Assembly: GCA_950097015.1 (NCBI GenBank)
Contig: CATNEN010000001.1
Location: forward strand, 21,886,001 to 21,950,000
Direction: 5' to 3'
Length of the DNA stretch: 64,000 bases
DNA from: Macrostomum hystrix
Taxonomy: Eukaryota; Animalia; Platyhelminthes
A program made the position numbers and the translations under genes. Positions 46,488 through 59,660 of the stretch are shown one piece after another (the first letter of the stretch is position 1; each line of letters opens with the position of its first letter). The notes under the pieces are model-generated. The model saw only the letters and a list, made by a program, of their open reading frames with translations, was not told where the DNA came from and searched no databases.

Positions 46488-48215
46488 ATGCCTTCCAAAG
46501 CGAAGAAAGCTGTTGAGGAAGCTCTTGAGGAAGCCAGGATGCAGCTCGACCTTGGCAACAAAGATATCGATGACCTTTTCCGAGTTCCCTACCTGCTGAC
46601 CCACCAGTTCTTTCATGAATCACTCACCCACCTGACACTGTGTCACAACAAGATCTCCATCCTACCCAAGGAGATCACTGTCCTAGTGCAACTGGAACAC
46701 CTGAACCTGTTCAACAATCACCTCACGGACGTGTGTCCTGAGATCACCCAGCTGAACAAGCTCAGGCTGCTTAACCTTGGCATGAACCGGCTGACCCAAC
46801 TACCCAAGGGATTCGGCGGATTCCCTCAACTGGAAATTCTCGACCTAAGCTATAACAATCTGTGCGAGACTAGCCTGCCCAATAATTTCTTCGAATTGAA
46901 CTCACTTCGGGCCCTGTACCTGGGCGACAACGACTTTGAGCACATCCCGGCGCGAGTGCAAAACCTCACTAATCTGCAGGTGGTGAGTGAACCAGGATAC
47001 TGTTTCATCCATCTATCCTGTGTTTGTATTGTCCTTAGTCCATCTTCAAAATTGGTTGTTAATCTACCCCCCACAAAGTGACCCTGTCGCTCATTACCCC
47101 AACCACAATGTTATCAAATCCGCCATTACCCCATCTAAAATGTTTTTAAATCGGTCATTACCCCATATACACAATGTTATCAAATTGCCCATTGACACAT
47201 CCAAAACATTATCAAATCAGTCATTACCATCTCCGCAATGTTATGAAATCGTTCATTGCCCCATTTAGACTGTTTTTAAATCGCTCATTATCCTATCTAC
47301 ACAATGTTATCAAATCGGTCATTACCCCATCTACAATGTTTTTAATCGGACATTACCCTATCCGCAATGTTATAAAATCGGTCATTACCCCATCCACAAT
47401 GTTATTTAATCGGACATTACCCTATCCACAATGTTATAAAATCGGTCATTACCCCATCTACAATGTTTTTAAATCGGTCATTACCCGATCTACAATGTTT
47501 TTAAATCGGTCATTACCCGATCTACAATGTTTTTAAATCAGTCATTACCCCATCTACAATGTTTTTAAATCGGTCATTACCCCATCTAAAATGTTTTTAA
47601 ATCGGTCATTACCCCATCTAAAATGTTTTTAAATCGGTCATTACCCCATCTAAAATGTTTTTAAATCGGTCATTACCCCATCTAAAATGTTTTTAAATCG
47701 GTCATTGCCCTATCTACACAATGTTATCAAATCGGTCATTACCACATCCAAAACATTATCAAATCGGTCTTTACCCCATCCACAATGCTATAAAATCGGT
47801 CATTACCCCATCCACAATGTTATTTAGTCGGTCATTACCTCACTAGGGTATCATAAAACCGTCACCCACCCCACTCCGCCAGCTGTCATTCCGCGACAAT
47901 GACCTGGTTGACGTGCCCCCAGAGCTGGGCAAATGCGTGCAATTGCGGGAGGTCCACCTGCAGGGCAATCGGTTGCTGGTGCTGCCACCAGAATTCGGTC
48001 AGCTAGACCTGACTGGAGCTAGGCAGGCCGTTAAGCTGGACAATAATCCTTGGATTGAGCTGATCGCTGACCAGCTGCTTATCGGGCCTTCGCACGTGAT
48101 GGAATATCTGAAGACTGACGCCTATAGATTTCATTATCAGCGATTTCAGGAAGTGGCCCAGACCCACCCGCCCAGGGCTAACAAATCCAAGAAGACTAGT
48201 CGCAAACTGAATTAA
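46488..48215 (+). CDS. RSU1: Ras suppressor protein 1 (LRR protein); exons 46488-46982 and 47883-48215
   Basis: LNLGMNRL..LPKGFG, LRALYLGDNDFE, LQV|LSFRDNDL, LQGNRLLVLPPE, NNPW..IADQ, KSKKTSRK match RSU1. Phase-0 GT-AG intron; AATAAA at 48230. Confidence 0.95.
47085..47840. repeat. ~32-bp minisatellite (TCTACAATGTTTTTAAATCGGTCATTACCCCA) filling the RSU1 intron
   Basis: Period 32 (47585 vs 47617). Confidence 0.9.
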
Positions 48216-48354
48216 CTGCGAAGCTGTTCAATAAACTGATCCAGCGTTCAACATATTTGCCGCTTCCAATTTGTTCAATTAATTAACAATACAGTAGGAC
48301 TACCAAGCCATTTTGCCGCACGTTTTTATACCAATTTCTGAAGTTTTTTATGAC

Positions 48355-48605
48355 TGATCGGTTAACAGACTAGGCAAGGGTGTCCTGTGTTTGAGCTGCG
48401 TCTGATATTTAGGCTTGATCAGTGAAATTCGCGTCACGTCTTTTATGAGGCAAAACTGACTTTCGGCCAGAACCATTGAATATCTCGACGGTGGTCTGAA
48501 GAGCTGGCGACTTGATTACTGTTTCAGTAGATGCTTAACAAAAAAGCTGACCCTTGTTCTTGAGTTTCGTGTGCTTGTGTTGCTCCGTTCGGGTGCAGCA
48601 CAAAG
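48355..48605. repeat. Dispersed repeat family R copy
   Basis: CCATTGAATATCTCGACG...TTGCTCCGTTCGGGTGCAGCAC blocks. Confidence 0.72.
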
Positions 48606-48669
48606 AATTGTCAGCGGGAAAACCCATGATACAGTACACAGGCATATGCTCACACAGGTGTGTACATCT

Positions 48670-48843
48670 GCCCTGACTTTCTCATTGTCAAGCAGTGTAC
48701 ACTCTCACTGTGCCTTGGAGGTTGGCCCTCAAGGGCGTAAATTGCATGAAAAAACCCAATTTAATGTGGCCTCGACGCGGAATCGAACTTAGGGACCTTG
48801 GTGCGAGAGGCAAATGCGTTAGACCACTCTGCCACTCACCCCC
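48670..48843 (-). mobile_element. tRNA-derived SINE family 2 (head and part of body)
   Basis: Minus strand has TGGCAGAGTGG (A box) and GTTCGATTCC (B box); homologous copy at 59473-59660. Confidence 0.7.
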
Positions 48844-49024
48844 TTACGAAATTATGATTGAAAATGATTATTTGTGTACGAATATTAATCGATTGTCTAA
48901 TTAAAAATTTTATAATTCAATTGTCAAAAGTGTTTTTTATCTTTTAATCAGCTCTCTTATTAACTATGCACCATCACAGCTGTTTTTTATTTTTTAGGCC
49001 ATGCATGTCGGAGTTTCTCTATTT

Positions 49025-49569
49025 CAGGGGTCGGCAAACTTATCGGCTAGCGGGCCAAAGAGAGAACCTTAAAGACCACAGCAGGCCGCACTGACTTTAG
49101 AAATGTGAGACAGGGAAGAGATGAGACAGTGTAGAGATAAGACAGGGGAGAGATGAGACAGTGTAGAGATAAGACAGGGGAGAGATGAGACAGTGTAGAG
49201 ATGAGACGGGAGAGATGAGACAGGGGAGAGATGAGACAGGGGAGAGATGAGACAGTGTAGAGATAAGACAGGGGAGAGATGAGACAGTGTAGAAATGAGA
49301 CAGGGGAGAGATGAGACGGCGGGAGAGATGAGACAGGGGAGAGATGAGACAGGGGAGAGATGAGACAGGGGAGAGATGAGACGGGAGAGATGAGACAGGG
49401 GAGAGATGAGACAAGGGAGAGATGAGACAAGGGAGAAATGAGACAGGGGAGAGATGAGACGGCGGGAGAGATGAGACAGGATATTGTAGGTGTTGGAAGG
49501 GGCAACGGGCCGGATTTGGGAGCTTCGAGGGCCGTAACTGGCCCGCGGGCCGGAGTTTGCCGCCCCCTG
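49025..49569. mobile_element. Non-autonomous hAT (Charlie/Buster-like) MITE with internal GAGATGAGACAGGGGA minisatellite
   Basis: 16-bp TIRs CAGGGGTCGGCAAACT / AGTTTGCCGCCCCCTG (15/16 match); 8-bp TSD CTCTATTT at 49017-49024 and 49570-49577 with central TA; subterminal GGCCCGCGGGCC. Confidence 0.9.
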
Positions 49570-49969
49570 CTCTATTTGGTCTCTAATTAATGAATTTGCT
49601 AGTCTGTTTATGCTACTAGTATTTGTGTCCATTAAACGCAATATCTCAGCTTTTTATTCTACTTTAAGTAACACATTTTGCGAATCTTAATTGCTACTCT
49701 ATTTTTTAATCGAGTACATTTTTGCATGATTTGCTGTGTATTCTATTCGTTTTTATTGGCAATGGAATATCTATATAGAATATGCACTTTATACTAGAAA
49801 GATTCAGTTACATATGCCTTGATTAAATTTTTTAACTTTTTTTCGAATAAATACGAATACTTAGGCGATAATAACAATTCGTTTTTTTCATTGTTTTATC
49901 ATTAACAATAAGACTACTTGCCGCCCGTTTTTATACCAAGGAGGATCAAAATCCTGACATTTTTGGCAG

Positions 49970-50305
49970 CGCCTGATTGGTTGACAGACTAGGCGACGGT
50001 GTCCCGTGGTCGAGGCTTGATCAGTGAAATGGAAGAAGTTCGCGTCAAGGTGTCCATACTGGCCTAGTTCCACCTGTTGTAGTCCTTGAAGGTCCAGCAA
50101 ATCCGTCTGGATAACGGGTGACATGCTGATAAATTTTCAAGGCCTGGCAAGGCCGCACTGGGGCGCAGTGCTAAATTGTGTTTAGGGGTGTATGAAATAC
50201 ACTAGCGCTCATGGGAAAATCTAACCTTCGGCCAGAACCATTGAATATCTCGACGGTCTGAAGAGCTGGCAACTTGATTCCTGTTTCAGAAGATGCGCAA
50301 CAAAA
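49970..50305. repeat. Dispersed repeat family R copy
   Basis: Same blocks as the other R copies. Confidence 0.72.
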
Positions 50306-50508
50306 ATTGTCCATTGGGGAGGATTTTGGTAGTTCTACTGTTAAAAACACTAGGAGCTTGAAGCTTTCGAATCCTACTCGATATTTCCCTCAGTGCCTCA
50401 GTGTGTCAGTTTTGTCCAATTATAATAATTTATCCCGTCAATTCTTTCAGACTCATTGTTAGTCAAAAAATTCTCTTTGTCTAACAAAGATCAAATTCAA
50501 GCAGCAAC

Positions 50509-50748
50509 ATGCCAGCTGTGCAACCACGCGGTGGCGCACAGGGACCGTCCTGCTTCGACCGGGTCAAACTCGGCTTCTTGATGGGCTTCTCAGTCGGCGT
50601 TGCTGGCGGCCTAATTTTCGGCACCTTCGGCGGCCTGCGGATGGGCTACCGGGGCAGGGAACTCGTGCGATTGGTTGGCAGCCGCATGCTGCAGGGTGGC
50701 GGCAGTTTCGGCATGTTCTTGTCCATTGGCACTCTTATTCGCTGCTAG
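50509..50748 (+). CDS. ROMO1: Reactive oxygen species modulator 1 (ROMO1/Mgr2), intronless CDS, 79 aa
   Basis: [18 protein letters not shown]...GRELV...[20 protein letters not shown] matches the ROMO1 family. Confidence 0.95.
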   Translation: MPAVQPRGGAQGPSCFDRVKLGFLMGFSVGVAGGLIFGTFGGLRMGYRGRELVRLVGSRMLQGGGSFGMFLSIGTLIRC

Positions 50749-50789
50749 CTAGCACACAATTAGGCTGACACTTGCGCTTGACTCGACTC

Positions 50790-51304
50790 TCTTGTCTGAC
50801 TCTCAGCGTCCTTGTCTGACTCTCAGCGTCCTTGTCTCACTCTCAGTGTCTTTGTCTGACTCTCAGTATCTTTGTCTGACTCTCAGTGTCCTTGTCTCAC
50901 TCTCAGTGTCTTTGTCTGACTCTCAGCGTCCTTGTCTGTCTCTCAGTGTCTTTGTCTGACTCTCAGCGTCCTTGTCTGTCTCTCAGTGTCTTTGTCTGAC
51001 TCTCAGCGTCCTTGTCTGACTCTCAGTGTCCTTGTCTGACTCTCAGTGTCTTTGTCTGACTCTCAGCGTCCTTGTCTGACTCTCAGTGTCTTTGTCTCAC
51101 TCTCAGTGTCTTCGTCTCACTCTCGGTGTCTTTGTCTGACTCTCAGCGTCCTTGTCTGACTCTCAGTGTCTTTGTCTCACTCTCAGTGTCTTCGTCTCAC
51201 TCTCGGTGTCTTTGTCTGACTCTCAGCGTCCTTGTCTGACTCTCAGTGTCTTTGTCTCACTCTCAGTGTCTTCGTCTCACTCTCGGTGTCTTTGTCTGAC
51301 TCTC
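50790..51304. repeat. 20-bp minisatellite (TCTCAG[C/T]GTC[C/T]TTGTCTGAC) just 3' of ROMO1
   Basis: Tandem units visible directly. Confidence 0.93.
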
Positions 51305-51730
51305 ATCTCGCCTGACAGTGTGATTCCAATAGGAAAGTATGACTCAAAAGCAAGCTTTAATGGTTGCTGGTTTGCGAGTTTGAGTCAAGCAAAAATGTCG
51401 ACCTTGATACTTATTTTAGCTAGTAATTAGTTTAATATTTGCACTTTTAAATCGACTATGATTACTTAATGATCTGTCACCAGTCAAACATGCTTTAACA
51501 TATTCAGGCGAAAAAACTGAATATTGTTGCTAGAAATTTATTGTTCCTTCATCGAAGGGCATATTTTCTATTTTATCATAGTTTATGAAGGCCGATTGTA
51601 TTTGCTTTGCTAAGATGCGATCAATAAAGTGCTAGATTTATTCTCTACCGATATCTTTCCGGTGGCACTTTTGTTTCGACGACAATTTTGTTTGTTCTTG
51701 TTTGTTCGTTTTCTTGGCAATAGCCATACA

Positions 51731-53417
51731 GAAGCTGAAGGAGACAGTAATGATCTATGCACAAGCTGAAGGAGAGAGTAATGATCTATGCACAAGCTGA
51801 AGGAGAGAGTAATGATCTATGCACAAGCTGAAGGAGAGAGTAATGATCTATGCACAAGCTGAAGGAGAGAGTAATGATCTATGCACAAGCTGAAGGAGAG
51901 AGTAATGATCTATGCACAAGCTGAAGGAGAGAGTAATGATCTATGCACAAGCTGAAGGAGACAGTAATGATCTATGCACAAGCTGAAGGAGAGAGTAATG
52001 ATCCATGCACAAGCTGAAGGAGAGAGTAATGATCTATGCACAAGCTGAAGGAGAGAGTAATGATCTATGCACAAGCTGAAGGAGAGAGTAATGATCTATG
52101 CACAAGCTGAAGGAGAGAGTAATGATCCATGCACAAGCTGAAGGAGAGAGTAATGATCCATGCACAAGCTGAAGGAGAGAGTAATGATCCATGCACAAGC
52201 TGAAGGAGAGAGTAATGATCTATGCACAAGCTGAAGGAGAGAGTAATGATCTATGCACAAGCTGAAGGAGAGAGTAATGATCCATGCACAAGCTGAAGGA
52301 GAGAGTAATGATCCATGCACAAGCTGAAGGAGAGAGTAATGATCTATGCACAAGCTGAAGGAGAGAGTAATGATCCATGCACAAGCTGAAGGAGAGAGTA
52401 ATAATCCATGCACAAGCTGAAGGAGTGAGTAATGATCCATGCACAAGCTGAAGGAGAGAGTAATGATCCATGCACAAGCTGAAGGAGAGAGTAATGATCC
52501 ATGCACAAGCTGAAGGAGAGAGTAATGATCCATGCACAAGCTGAAGGAGAGAGTAATGATCTATGCACAAGCTGAAGGAGAGAGTAATGATCCATGCACA
52601 AGCTGAAGGAGAGAGTAATGATCTATGCACAAGCTGAAGGAGAGAGTAATGATCCATGCACAAGCTGAAGGAGAGAGTAATGATCTATGCACAAGCTGAA
52701 GGAGAGAGTAATGATCCATGCACAAGCTGAAGGAGAGAGTAATGATCCATGCACAAGCTGAAGGAGAGAGTAATGATCCATGCACAAGCTGAAGGAGTGA
52801 GTAATGATCTATGCACAAGCTGAAGGAGAGAGTAATGATCCATGCACAAGCTGAAGGAGAGAGTAATGATCCATGCACAAGCTGAAGGAGTGAGTAATGA
52901 TCTATGCACAAGCTGAAGGAGAGAGTAATGATCCATGCACAAGCTGAAGGAGAGAGTAATGATCCATGCACAAGCTGAAGGAGAGAGTAATGATCCATGC
53001 ACAAGCTGAAGGAGAGAGTAATGATCTATGCACAAGCTGAAGGAGAGAGTAATGATCCATGCACAAGCTGAAGGAGAGAGTAATGATCTATGCACAAGCT
53101 GAAGGAGAGAGTAATGATCCATGCACAAGCTGAAGGAGAGAGTAATGATCCATGCACAAGCTGAAGGAGAGAGTAATGATCCATGCACAAGCTGAAGGAG
53201 TGAGTAATGATCTATGCACAAGCTGAAGGAGAGAGTAATGATCCATGCACAAGCTGAAGGAGAGAGTAATGATCCATGCACAAGCTGAAGGAGTGAGTAA
53301 TGATCTATGCACAAGCTGAAGGAGAGAGTAATGATCCATGCACAAGCTGAAGGAGAGAGTAATGATCCATGCACAAGCTGAAGGAGAGAGTAATGATCTA
53401 TGCACAAGCTGAAGGAG
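51731..53417. repeat. 31-bp satellite (AAGCTGAAGGAGAGAGTAATGATC[T/C]ATGCAC), ~54 copies
   Basis: Tandem units visible directly. Confidence 0.96.
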
Positions 53418-53985
53418 TTCGTGTAGCTGACAAACATTTATTCTGTCTACAGTACAGCCAAATTTATGCAGAATTACAATTTACTGTCACACACCTAGTC
53501 AAGTAACTTCCAAAGTACTGTCTAGATGTATTTAACATTTTTGAGTCATTATCTACTTAAAGTAGAGTGCTGAATATCAAATCAATCATTTTTTGCTCCA
53601 AAATCCTTTTGTAAGTTCTTAATTCCTTTAACCATGCTATTCGCGTTTCGTCAATAGATCAGTCAATTTTGCGTACGAATAAAAGTTTTTATCGTATGAG
53701 ATCGGACAGTTTGAGTCAGAGTGAAAATGTTCCACTTTTATTTGCCCAGAATTGGTTTGCAGAATTTGGGTTCGAGAAGCGATTTCGCATGCTAATAAGA
53801 TGCCAAAAAGCTAAGGGAGAAGGAATTTCTGGTCGATCTCTGAAATAGCTTTCTCACCTGAATTTTTACCTCAAAAGGTCTGAGTTCTAGTTCTGACAAG
53901 TACTTTTAAATAAAAGGGAGAACTTCCATCAGTTGCCGTATAACATTCCAAACTCGAAGATTAAGTATTTATGGTCCGAGATCAA

Positions 53986-56208
53986 GGATCTGGGATCTAG
54001 GATCTGGGATCTAGGATCTGGGATCTAGGATCTGGGATCTAGGATCTGGGATCTAGGATCTGGGATCTAGGATCTGGGATCTAGGATCTGGGATCTAGGA
54101 TCTGGGATCTAGGATCTGGGATCTAGGATCTGGGATCTAGGATCTGGGATCTAGGATCTGGGATCTAGGATCTGGGATCTAGGATCTGGGATCTAGGATC
54201 TGGGATCTAGGATCTGGGATCTAGGATCTGGGATCTAGGATCTGGGATCTAGGATCTTGGATCTAGGATCTGGGATCTAGGATCTGGGATCTAGGATCTG
54301 GGATCTAGGATCTGGGATCTAGGATCTGGGATCTAGGATCTGGGATCTAGGATCTGGGATCTAGGATCTGGGATCTAGGATCTGGGATCTAGGATCTGGG
54401 ATCTAGGATCTGGGATCTAGGATCTGGGATCTAGGATCTGGGATCTAGGATCTGGGATCTAGGATCTGGGATCTAGGATCTGGGATCTAGGATCTGGGAT
54501 CTAGGATCTGGGATCTAGGATCTGGGATCTAGGATCTGGGATCTAGGATCTGGGATCTAGGATCTGGGATCTAGGATCTGGGATCTAGGATCTGGGATCT
54601 AGGATCTGGGATCTAGGATCTGGGATCTAGGATCTGGGATCTAGGATCTGGGATCTAGGATCTGGGATCTAGGATCTGGGATCTAGGATCTGGGATCTAG
54701 GATCTGGGATCTAGGATCTGGGATCTAGGATCTGGGATCTAGGATCTGGGATCTAGGATCTGGGATCTAGGATCTGGGATCTAGGATCTGGGATCTAGGA
54801 TCTGGGATCTAGGATCTGGGATCTAGGATCTGGGATCTAGGATCTGGGATCTAGGATCTGGGATCTAGGATCTGGGATCTAGGATCTGGGATCTAGGATC
54901 TGGGATCTAGGATCTGGGATCTAGGATCTGGGATCTAGGATCTGGGATCTAGGATCTGGGATCTAGGATCTGGGATCTAGGATCTGGGATCTAGGATCTG
55001 GGATCTAGGATCTGGGATCTAGGATCTGGGATCTAGGATCTGGGATCTAGGATCTGGGATCTAGGATCTGGGATCTAGGATCTGGGATCTAGGATCTGGG
55101 ATCTAGGATCTGGGATCTAGGATCTGGGATCTAGGATCTGGGATCTAGGATCTGGGATCTAGGATCTGGGATCTAGGATCTGGGATCTAGGATCTGGGAT
55201 CTAGGATCTGGGATCTAGGATCTGGGATCTAGGATCTGGGATCTAGGATCTGGGATCTAGGATCTGGGATCTAGGATCTGGGATCTAGGATCTGGGATCT
55301 AGGATCTGGGATCTAGGATCTGGGATCTAGGATCTGGGATCTAGGATCTGGGATCTAGGATCTGGGATCTAGGATCTGGGATCTAGGATCTGGGATCTAG
55401 GATCTGGGATCTAGGATCTGGGATCTAGGATCTGGGATCTAGGATCTGGGATCTAGGATCTGGGATCTAGGATCTGGGATCTAGGATCTGGGATCTAGGA
55501 TCTGGGATCTAGGATCTGGGATCTAGGATCTGGGATCTAGGATCTGGGATCTAGGATCTTGGATCTAGGATCTGGGATCTAGGATCTGGGATCTAGGATC
55601 TGGGATCTAGGATCTGGGATCTAGGATCTGGGATCTAGGATCTGGGATCTAGGATCTGGGATCTAGGATCTGGGATCTAGGATCTGGGATCTAGGATCTG
55701 GGATCTAGGATCTGGGATCTAGGATCTGGGATCTAGGATCTGGGATCTAGGATCTGGGATCTAGGATCTGGGATCTAGGATCTGGGATCTAGGATCTGGG
55801 ATCTAGGATCTGGGATCTAGGATCTGGGATCTAGGATCTGGGATCTAGGATCTGGGATCTAGGATCTGGGATCTAGGATCTGGGATCTAGGATCTGGGAT
55901 CTAGGATCTGGGATCTAGGATCTGGGATCTAGGATCTGGGATCTAGGATCTGGGATCTAGGATCTGGGATCTAGGATCTGGGATCTAGGATCTGGGATCT
56001 AGGATCTGGGATCTAGGATCTGGGATCTAGGATCTGGGATCTAGGATCTGGGATCTAGGATCTGGGATCTAGGATCTGGGATCTAGGATCTGGGATCTAG
56101 GATCTGGGATCTAGGATCTGGGATCTAGGATCTGGGATCTAGGATCTGGGATCTAGGATCTGGGATCTAGGATCTGGGATCTAGGATCTGGGATCTAGGA
56201 TCTGGGAT
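53986..56208. repeat. 14-bp satellite (GGATCTGGGATCTA), ~159 copies
   Basis: Near-perfect array; dimer of the 7-mer GGATCT[G/A]. Confidence 0.97.
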
Positions 56209-56579
56209 GACGTTTACTGAGCTATGAAGAATTGAGTATATTACTCCCCTTGAAAAAGCTAGTTTCCCCTAGCAACTAAAACATGAGGCCTCATCCAATC
56301 GCTGAGTCCGCAGCCGTATCACGTATTCTCATATGAACCGATTTTTATTCACCGAAGCCTAATTTTACTTTAAAGCTGTCTGGAATTCTAGTAAAAAAAC
56401 TCCAATATTCCTTGTATTCTTAACATGCGATACCAACAAACAATTCTTCATGTATAATTCTAATAGAGCAAAATCATCTATTCAGCACCTGCTAGACGAA
56501 ATCGAGTGCCTAGTTACCGAGTTTGAGATCAGATCCGACGACTGCTGCATAGACTCAGAAATTTTACTGGTGAGTCATC

Positions 56580-56848
56580 AATTAATAATAATTGGGCCAG
56601 ATGTGCAGCCGACAGCACAGCCGCAGCGCATCTGAAGGCTGCGTACGGCTGTTCAGTCCATGGACTGGGGGACGCCACACCCACCTTCAATTATCCCAGC
56701 TAATGCTGGTACCCATTTAACAGCTGGGCGAACTGAAGCAATGAAAGTGTTTTGCTAAAGGACAGTAATTGTTTTAATTGAGTTGGGAATCGAACCCCCG
56801 ACCTTCAAGTCGTGAGTCCGACCACTCTAACCACTAGGCTACAACCTC
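56580..56848 (-). mobile_element. tRNA-derived SINE family 1, copy 3
   Basis: Reverse complement of the 3496 and 13384 copies with small internal deletions. Confidence 0.85.
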
Positions 56849-57490
56849 CTGGGTCCAAGTTTTTTATAACTCTTGTCAAGATCGATCGAGATTACACTTC
56901 TTAGAAATGAAGAAAATTTACTATTCTTCTGGCACAACTATAAAACGTGACGCGTGTACTTTTTTACCTTAAGTTTAAAAATAATGTTAATAATTTTTTG
57001 CATAATTTCAACTTTCACTTGTAGCTTCCATGGTGCCAGACAGCTCTGATAATCTGATTTCACTCATGTAAAGTAGAGTTTACGAGGCCTCTTGGGAGAA
57101 TAGTCATACAGATATATTTTGGTTCTCAGTTTTGGATTAGATGTGACACCTGACCCAATTTGCTTGGCTAATTGCTTTTTACAATGTTCAATAATTGCTG
57201 ATATATAAAGTTTGCAGATGATAATATATTATTTTAGTGTAAGAGGCTGACCGTACTACTTACTAGAAAAGTTTGAAGTAGTGCTTTGCGAATGTGTTAC
57301 TCAAATTTAGTGTCCTCATTGTTTTTTATAAAACTTAGTACATTATAGCTAGAAAACTATAACTTTTAAGTTAATCCAGTGATGGCTTGTGTCACAACTT
57401 TGTTCTGTTAGTTTTCAAAAGGCATTGTTTAGGTTTTTTAATTTTTTTTTCTATTCCGTCTGATAGAACCGTTAAGCAGTTCCAGCTCTA

Positions 57491-58031
57491 TCTAACAGGT
57501 TTGGGTGTATCTAACAGGTTTGGGTATATCTAACAGGTTTGGGTGTATCTAACAGGTTTGGGTATATCTAACAGGTTTGGGTGTATCTAACAGGTTTGGG
57601 TATATCTAACAGGTTTGGGTATGTCTAACAGGTTTGGGTATGTCTAACAGGTTTGGGTATGTCTAACAGGTTTGGGTATGTCTAACAGGTTTGGGTATGT
57701 CTAACAGGTTTGGGTATGTCTAACAGGTTTGGGTATGTCTAACAGGTTTGGGTATGTCTAACAGGTTTGGGTATGTCTAACAGGTTTGGGTATGTCTAAC
57801 AGGTTTGGGTATGTCTAACAGGTTTGGGTATGTCTAACAGGTTTGGGTATGTCTAACAGGTTTGGGTATGTCTAACAGGTTTGGGTATGTCTAACAGGTT
57901 TGGGTATGTCTAACAGGTTTGGGTATGTCTAACAGGTTTGGGTATGTCTAACAGGTTTGGGTATGTCTAACAGGTTTGGGTATGTCTAACAGGTTTGGGT
58001 ATGTCTAACAGGTTTGGGTATGTCTAACAGG
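57491..58031. repeat. 19-bp minisatellite (TCTAACAGGTTTGGGTATG), ~28 copies
   Basis: Tandem units visible directly. Confidence 0.95.
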
Positions 58032-58712
58032 CTCGATTCTGTCCACCAGTTTCTGTTCTGTCTAAAGCAGGCTATGCAAACTGCTGCACGGATACTAGAA
58101 GTGCAGTTATAGAAGTCTTTGCTCAGCACTGCCTATTGTGTAAGCTTAACAAAGAACAGCAAATCTATTTTTTTGTTCCACTTGTTAAACCTGATTGTAC
58201 CAGTATTGGAACACGATATGGCTGTGAAATTTCATAAGAAATTTCCGTACTTTGAGTCTGAGAAGCTTTCTCTGTTCAGTCTCAGTTTAAACTTTCTAAA
58301 AACGACATGAACTAACCAGGCGAGGATGCCTTTGGTCACTCATGCTAGACTAAATTGACCGCCTATAGACTGCCGTAATTCAATATTTGTGTGATATGGG
58401 GTGATATTGTGTGAACACAAACCGCTTGCATAAAAGCCTAATGATAGGCTTAAAAATTAACTCTTTTTTCGCTATAAACCCTAGGTTTTATTGGAGGTTT
58501 CTGGAGACTAAAGATCTTACTAAAGATCTCTCTCGTAAAGTGCTGAGGTTCAGGATTTTCTTAAATTTAGAGTTTTTAATAGCTGGGATTTAAGTGCTTT
58601 TTATTTGGGCAATAGCACATCATTGGTGACACTTGACCCGCAGCCAGCGGGGAGGTAATTCTGCCTATTTCGCTGACTCCTGAGACCACACGCACACAGA
58701 TACTGTACACAG

Positions 58713-59460
58713 TCCTCTCCTCTCCTCTCCTCTCCTCTCCTCTCCTCTCCTCTCCTCTCCTCTCCTCTCCTCTCCTCTCCTCTCCTCTCCTCTCCTCTCC
58801 TCTCCTCTCCTATCCTCTTCTCTGCTCTCCTCTCCTCTCCTCTCCTCTCCTCTCCTCTCCTCTCCTCTCCTCTCCTCTCCTCTCCTCTCCTCTCCTCTCC
58901 TCTCCTATCCTCTTCTCTGCTCTCCTCTCCTCTCCTCTCCTCTCCTCTCCTCTCCTCTCCTCTCCTCTCCTCTCCTCTACTCTCCTCTCCTCTCCTATCC
59001 TATCCTCTTCTCTGCTCTCCTCTCCTCTCCTCTCCTCTCCTCTCCTCTCCTATCCTCTCCTATCCTCTCCTATCCTCTCCTCTCCTATCCTATCCTCTTC
59101 TCTGCTCTCCTCTCCTCTCCTCTCCTCTCCTCTCCTCTCCTATCCTCTCCTCTCCTCTCCTCTCCTCTCCTCTCCTCTCCTCTCCTCTCCTCTCCTCTCC
59201 TCTCCTCTCCTCTCCTCTCCTCTCCTCTCCTCTCCTCTCCTCTCCTCTCCTCTCCTCTCCTCTCCTCTCCTCTCCTCTCCTCTCCTCTCCTCTCCTCTCC
59301 TCTCCTCTCCTCTCCTCTCCTCTCCTCTCCTCTCCTCTCCTCTCCTCTCCTCTCCTCTCCTCTCCTCTCCTCTCCTCTCCTCTCCTCTCCTCTCCTCTCC
59401 TCTCCTCTCCTCTCCTCTCCTCTCCTCTCCTCTCCTCTCCTCTCCTCTCCTCTCCACTCC
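58713..59460. repeat. (TCTCC)n microsatellite
   Basis: Polypyrimidine pentamer array. Confidence 0.96.
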
Positions 59461-59472
59461 TGAGAGGAGAGT

Positions 59473-59660
59473 ATGCCCTGACTTTCTCATCGTCAGGCAG
59501 TGAACACTCTCACTAGTGCATATAGGGCGCAAGTAACATTACACGACTAGTCACCAAGCCCTGTCTCGGCCTGAGGAATGTGGCGGCCTCGCCGCGGAAT
59601 CGAGCTCAGGGACCTTGGTGCGAGAAGTAAACGCGTTTAGACAGCTTTATCACCCACCTC
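59473..59660 (-). mobile_element. SINE family 2, degenerate copy
   Basis: TGCCCTGACTTTCTCAT...CGCGGAATCGA..AGGGACCTTGGTGCGAGA shared with 48670-48843. Confidence 0.65.

Noticed and set aside
52096-53437. Repetitive hydrophobic ORFs (also 296-821, 15879-16614, 37251-37526, 38079-38720, 49047-49641, 59140-59532)
   Set aside because: Translations of tandem repeats with no coding evidence.
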